A stretch of DNA of 63,270 nt, filler included, from Eremomyces bilateralis CBS 781.70 (Eukaryota), in assembly GCA_010015585.1 (NCBI GenBank). It is 5 parts of 4 records of this genome, joined end to end, with 100 filler letters (N's around TTAATTAATTAA, not from the genome) between each part and the next. Parts side by side here need not be neighbours in the genome. Positions count along the whole stretch, not along the records: positions 58,295 to 60,915 come from ML975218.1; positions 61,016 to 63,270 come from ML975218.1; 3 more parts are not named here. One strand, given 5' to 3'. A program made the translations under genes and the position numbers. This document shows, piece by piece, positions 59,482 through 63,270 of the stretch (its first letter is position 1; every line of letters begins with the position of its first letter). The notes beneath the pieces were generated by a model, which was given only the letters and a program-made list of their open reading frames with translations, searched no databases and was not told the origin of the DNA.

Positions 59482-60029
59482 ATGTCTAGCCTACAGACCA
59501 AGATCACTATCTGTGAAAGTATCATCGCATATGACTTTACCGACGAAGTGCTCTGTGCAAAGGCGCTCAGTGCTTATGCAGCGTGCGTTACCATTCAAGG
59601 GCAAACTCGAAATCTTCAGCACAACAGTCACATGGCCGTGTATGGTGATGCGGTGTCGGCCAGCTACCTTTGTCGAACGTGGTTAGACAGCGGCTTGGAC
59701 AAGGGAATGCCAGCTCTCACAAAACGCCTTTAAGAGCACCACGCTAATTATGTGCAGGTCAGTGGACTGCGATTCGCGAATGCGTGTTGGGAAATGCGAA
59801 CCTCGCCGCTGTCGGATTCTGCCATAACCTCGATCGTTGCGTCCTTCTTAACCCCGGAACAACAGCTGTGTCAGATAAGACCATGGCTACCACTGTGGAG
59901 GCAATCCTCGGTGCCGTTCATGTCGACGGTGGCAATGCTGCCCTTGGGCTGGTGATGGTGAAACTTGGCCTTACGCATGCTCTTCTTGATGTGGTAACGT
60001 ACAATTTCTATCTTATACTTGGACGATGA
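59482..60029 (+). CDS. Stand-alone RNase III domain protein (possibly pseudogene)
   Basis: IIAYDFTD..L..AL, NSHMAVYGDAV, LGNANLA..G, TMATTVEAILGAVHVDGG; the intron at ~59705-59757 has donor GA instead of GT; the 3' end is uncertain. Confidence 0.72.
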
Positions 60030-60643
60030 TATTATTCAACTCACTTGGTCTTTGTCTAGGTCCCTACATAGAGGCGCCGAACGTCGGCCTCGTAAGGGAA
60101 TTCAGGCCTCGCTATATCATTGCTCTCCGCTTCTCTCTGGGCTGGCATGGATTGTGATCATGCAAGAGCTCTTGCACAACCACAGGTAGCACAGAAGCGT
60201 GGAACGCAAAGATATAGCGAGGTCCAAGTTCGGTTACGAGGCTGACCTCGGCGCTTCTATGCGGTCTTGGACCTCTCTTCGCTGGAGAGTGGTTTATCTC
60301 AGAGCTTGCGCCCTTCAAGAAGAACGACAACGGATGCAGACATTTGAGAGAATGCCCCAACCGGCTTGTGATGACACTCATCGGCATTACTATATTAGCC
60401 CGCATCTGAACATATGGAGCAAGTTCTAACGAGCCCATCATGATAGGACGTCTAGAACGCCAATGGACTTTTAGGATGCCGTGTAGCAACTTGGTGGAAG
60501 GGGTAAGGATCGTAGGAAAAGAAGAACATTCATTGCATAGCTATCTAAATTGAAATTGAAAATTTTGCTTCGATTTTCCTCATAGAGCAAGTACCTCGTC
60601 GGCTGAATATATTTCGCTGGCGCTGATTGGAAGATGTACTACT

Positions 60644-60815
60644 TGTGATGGATCAGAGGTCCGCAGACCTGGATGCCTTGTGGCCCTGTGGCCCGTTTGC
60701 TCTGTAAACACCAGAACAGATAAACGCCTCGCACACCTTAGATAGATTCCTCCTTTATAGCAACAATTCAATATTTGCCTCACGATTGGAGATTCCCGAC
60801 AGTGAGACTCTTACA
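60644..60815 (+). mobile_element. LTR family C, probably a 5' LTR
   Basis: Full LTR C without TSD, just before a contig break followed by gag-pol. Confidence 0.88.
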
Positions 60816-61015
60816 CTTTGTTGCTATCTTCTCTATGAGTGTTTACTCATTCGGAATACATTGATTGATTAAGAATCATTGAAATCAGTAGTTTAGTACT
60901 CTGATTAGTCACGCTNNNNNNNNNNNNNNNNNNNNNNNNNNNNNNNNNNNNNNNNNNNNTTAATTAATTAANNNNNNNNNNNNNNNNNNNNNNNNNNNNN
61001 NNNNNNNNNNNNNNN

Positions 61016-63270
61016 ACTTTCGACGCGTATTGGCCCAAATTCAACAGCAACTTGTCCGATATCCCACATCTTACCGACGAGGATAAGATCGCCTATCTCC
61101 GCGAATGCCTAAAGCGAGGAATGAAATTCGACATGGCCAATTGCCATACCAAAAACTTCAACGAGTTCGTCGATGCGTGCCGCATGACGGAAGAGAATAC
61201 CACCGATGCTCGCAACTACGGAGAACGCTAACGCGACTCTGACTTATCACGTGGTGGAGACAGAGGTCGTGGTGGCACCAGAGGTCGCGGCCGAGGCCGA
61301 GGCCGTGGTGGCTACAGCAACAGCCACAGATACTGGCCTTACGGCCGGACTGGATCCCAACAAGAGCAATTGAAGGCTGAACGCAAATGTTTCGTCTACC
61401 TTAAGCCAGGTCATATGGCTAATGCAGACGACGCTCCGTGCAAGGGACAGAAACCTGCTAAGATGACTGAAAATGTCCGCGCATACGACACTGAGCAAAA
61501 GGCTCCTCACCCGAAGCCCCGAATGGACGATCACCCTGAGTCATCCGATTCGGAAAACTGAGACCCTCCGGCGATAGTCGCCTCCGGGGGTTAACAGTGG
61601 CCGAGATTGACTTAGCCCAACGAGCGCATTATTCACGAGAAAAGCAGAGAATCCGTGTCTCTAGCATCCGCATACAGACCGAACGGGAAGCGGAGTTTGA
61701 GGAAATGGTGAAGAAAAGACCGGAGCCTAAAAGTTCAAACCAGATGACTTTCAGATGTAAGATATGGTCAAAAGCACAGAAAAAACACGTCCAAGGAGTT
61801 AGCTTGGTCGACTCTGGCAGCACTGCGATGGCCATCGTTGACCCGAGAGTTGTGAAGCGAGAAAAGCTTCCTATTTAGGAACTGTCAGTGCCTATGCTGC
61901 TAGAATACGCTGACGATGAGAAAACTGCGCCTCTTACCCACGCCACGATGATAGAGGTCAAACACCGAGAGCACCTGTCATATGTCGTCGGATACATATC
62001 TGACCTAGGCACCTTCGACGTGGTCCTTAGCATGCCGTGGTTAGAGGAACATGACCCCGACGTCTCTTGGAAGAAGAGATCTTTGACATTCAATTCCGAA
62101 TTCTGCAGCATCCAGTGTCTGGAGCACTTCAAAGCATGTACGATATATTCACGCGGACATCACCACCTGGGACCGCACGACGACCATGAAAAAGAGAACG
62201 ACAAAACAGACAAACCAAAGATTGATGTACAAGTAGTATCTGCTTACGCCCTCATGCGTATAGCCAGAAGGCCTGGGCATCAAATATGCGCATTGTACCC
62301 GAGAGACTTCAAAGAGTTACTAGGACGAGAAGGCCGACCACGTTCACGACCAAAGACGACCGCTAATGTCGCCGAGTCCCTAGCCGCTATCTCGCCAGAG
62401 GACTACCAAAAGTTCTACGACAAGCTGGATACAAAGCCGCTTATTCGAGCCGAGCTGCTCAAGATATTACCAGATTACTGCAGGCCCTATATCGATGTCT
62501 TCGATCCAAAGGAGGCGGACAAGCTTCCACCAAATCGGCCAAGCATTGATCATCGCATCACCCTTGAACCGGGCGCTTCAAGGCCCGCGAAACGTTTATT
62601 TGGTTGCTCTCGCGATGATGCAGAGGCTGTAAAAGCGTACGTCGAGAATATGCTAGGGAAGGACTTTATTCAACCGAGTAAATCGCCTTATGCATCGCCC
62701 GTGTTGGTGGTCAAGAAACCTAGAGGCGGACTCCGAATCTGCGTCGATTACCGCTCTCTAAACGCCCTCACCATCAAAAATAGAAACGCACCGCCGCTAA
62801 TTCAAGAGACCCTGACGCGTCTGAGTCGCGCACGATATTTCTCGAAATTCGACGTCATCGCTGCGTTCAACGAGATACGAATGCACCCTGAGGATGTTGA
62901 AAAGACAGCTTTCCTCACCCGCTTTGGCCTCTTCGAATACAAGGTCATGCCCTTTGGCCTTTGCAACGCTCCTGCGACATGGCAAGCCTTTATCAACTCA
63001 GTGCTCAGAGAGTTTTTAGAAGACTTCGTTACTGCGTATCTAGACGACATCCTTATCTACAGCGACACAATGGAGGAACACGTCCGGTATACACAGAAGG
63101 TGTTAGAAGTTTTGCGAAGGAACAAGATCTACCTGGACATCAACAAATGCGAGTTCGGTGTCACACAAGTCCTCTACCTAGGCCTCATCATCTCTACCGA
63201 CGGTATCAAGATGGACCCCGCGAAGGTTCAAGCCGTATTGGACTGGCAGACACCTCGCTGCCTCCGTGAC
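61016..63270 (+). mobile_element. Gypsy retrotransposon gag C-terminus, protease and RT (partial)
   Basis: RGG-rich gag tail with degenerate Zn knuckle, LVDSGS protease, LRICVDYRSLN, MPFGLCNAPA, YLDD. Confidence 0.93.

Noticed and set aside
1..63270. Whole region as a Starship giant transposon
   Set aside because: The cargo types (patatin NLR, NACHT, enzymes) are compatible, but no DUF3435 tyrosine recombinase or element boundary is visible in the window.

Overview
Eukaryotic, intron-containing DNA from a filamentous ascomycete (GT-AG introns with CTRAC branch points, RIP-type C>T/G>A damage in repeats); the species cannot be determined from the sequence. It is a transposon-dense, accessory-looking region built from five contigs joined by artificial N-TTAATTAATTAA-N linkers (25173-25272, 47336-47435, 58195-58294, 60916-61015), so adjacency across those points is unproven. 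Host-type genes: a CE5 cutinase, an 8-exon NACHT-ankyrin-CorA-like(GMN) NLR-type gene, two divergent secreted SGNH/CE3 esterases, a secreted Gly-rich alpha/beta hydrolase, a NUDIX hydrolase, a GNAT, an SLC6/NSS transporter, a RIP-damaged patatin-NB-ARC-TPR NLR, an APH-like kinase pseudogene and a stand-alone RNase III. Mobile DNA: a ~10.1 kb non-canonical Helitron-like element followed head-to-tail by two related defective copies, several chromoviral Gypsy elements, at least nine short LTR types (many solo with 5-bp TSDs), three MULE transposase relics, a Copia fragment, pogo and hAT ends, a CRE-like endonuclease fragment and three ~50-110 bp LINE-tail insertions with 12-16 bp TSDs. The two most interesting items are the Helitron-like element (HUH-Rep/PIF1 gene, divergent putative OB-fold gene, asymmetric inverted repeats, hairpin-CTTG end, 139-bp tandem array) and the NLR with a C-terminal CorA-type membrane module. 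All domain calls come from motif recognition by eye, not from database searches.
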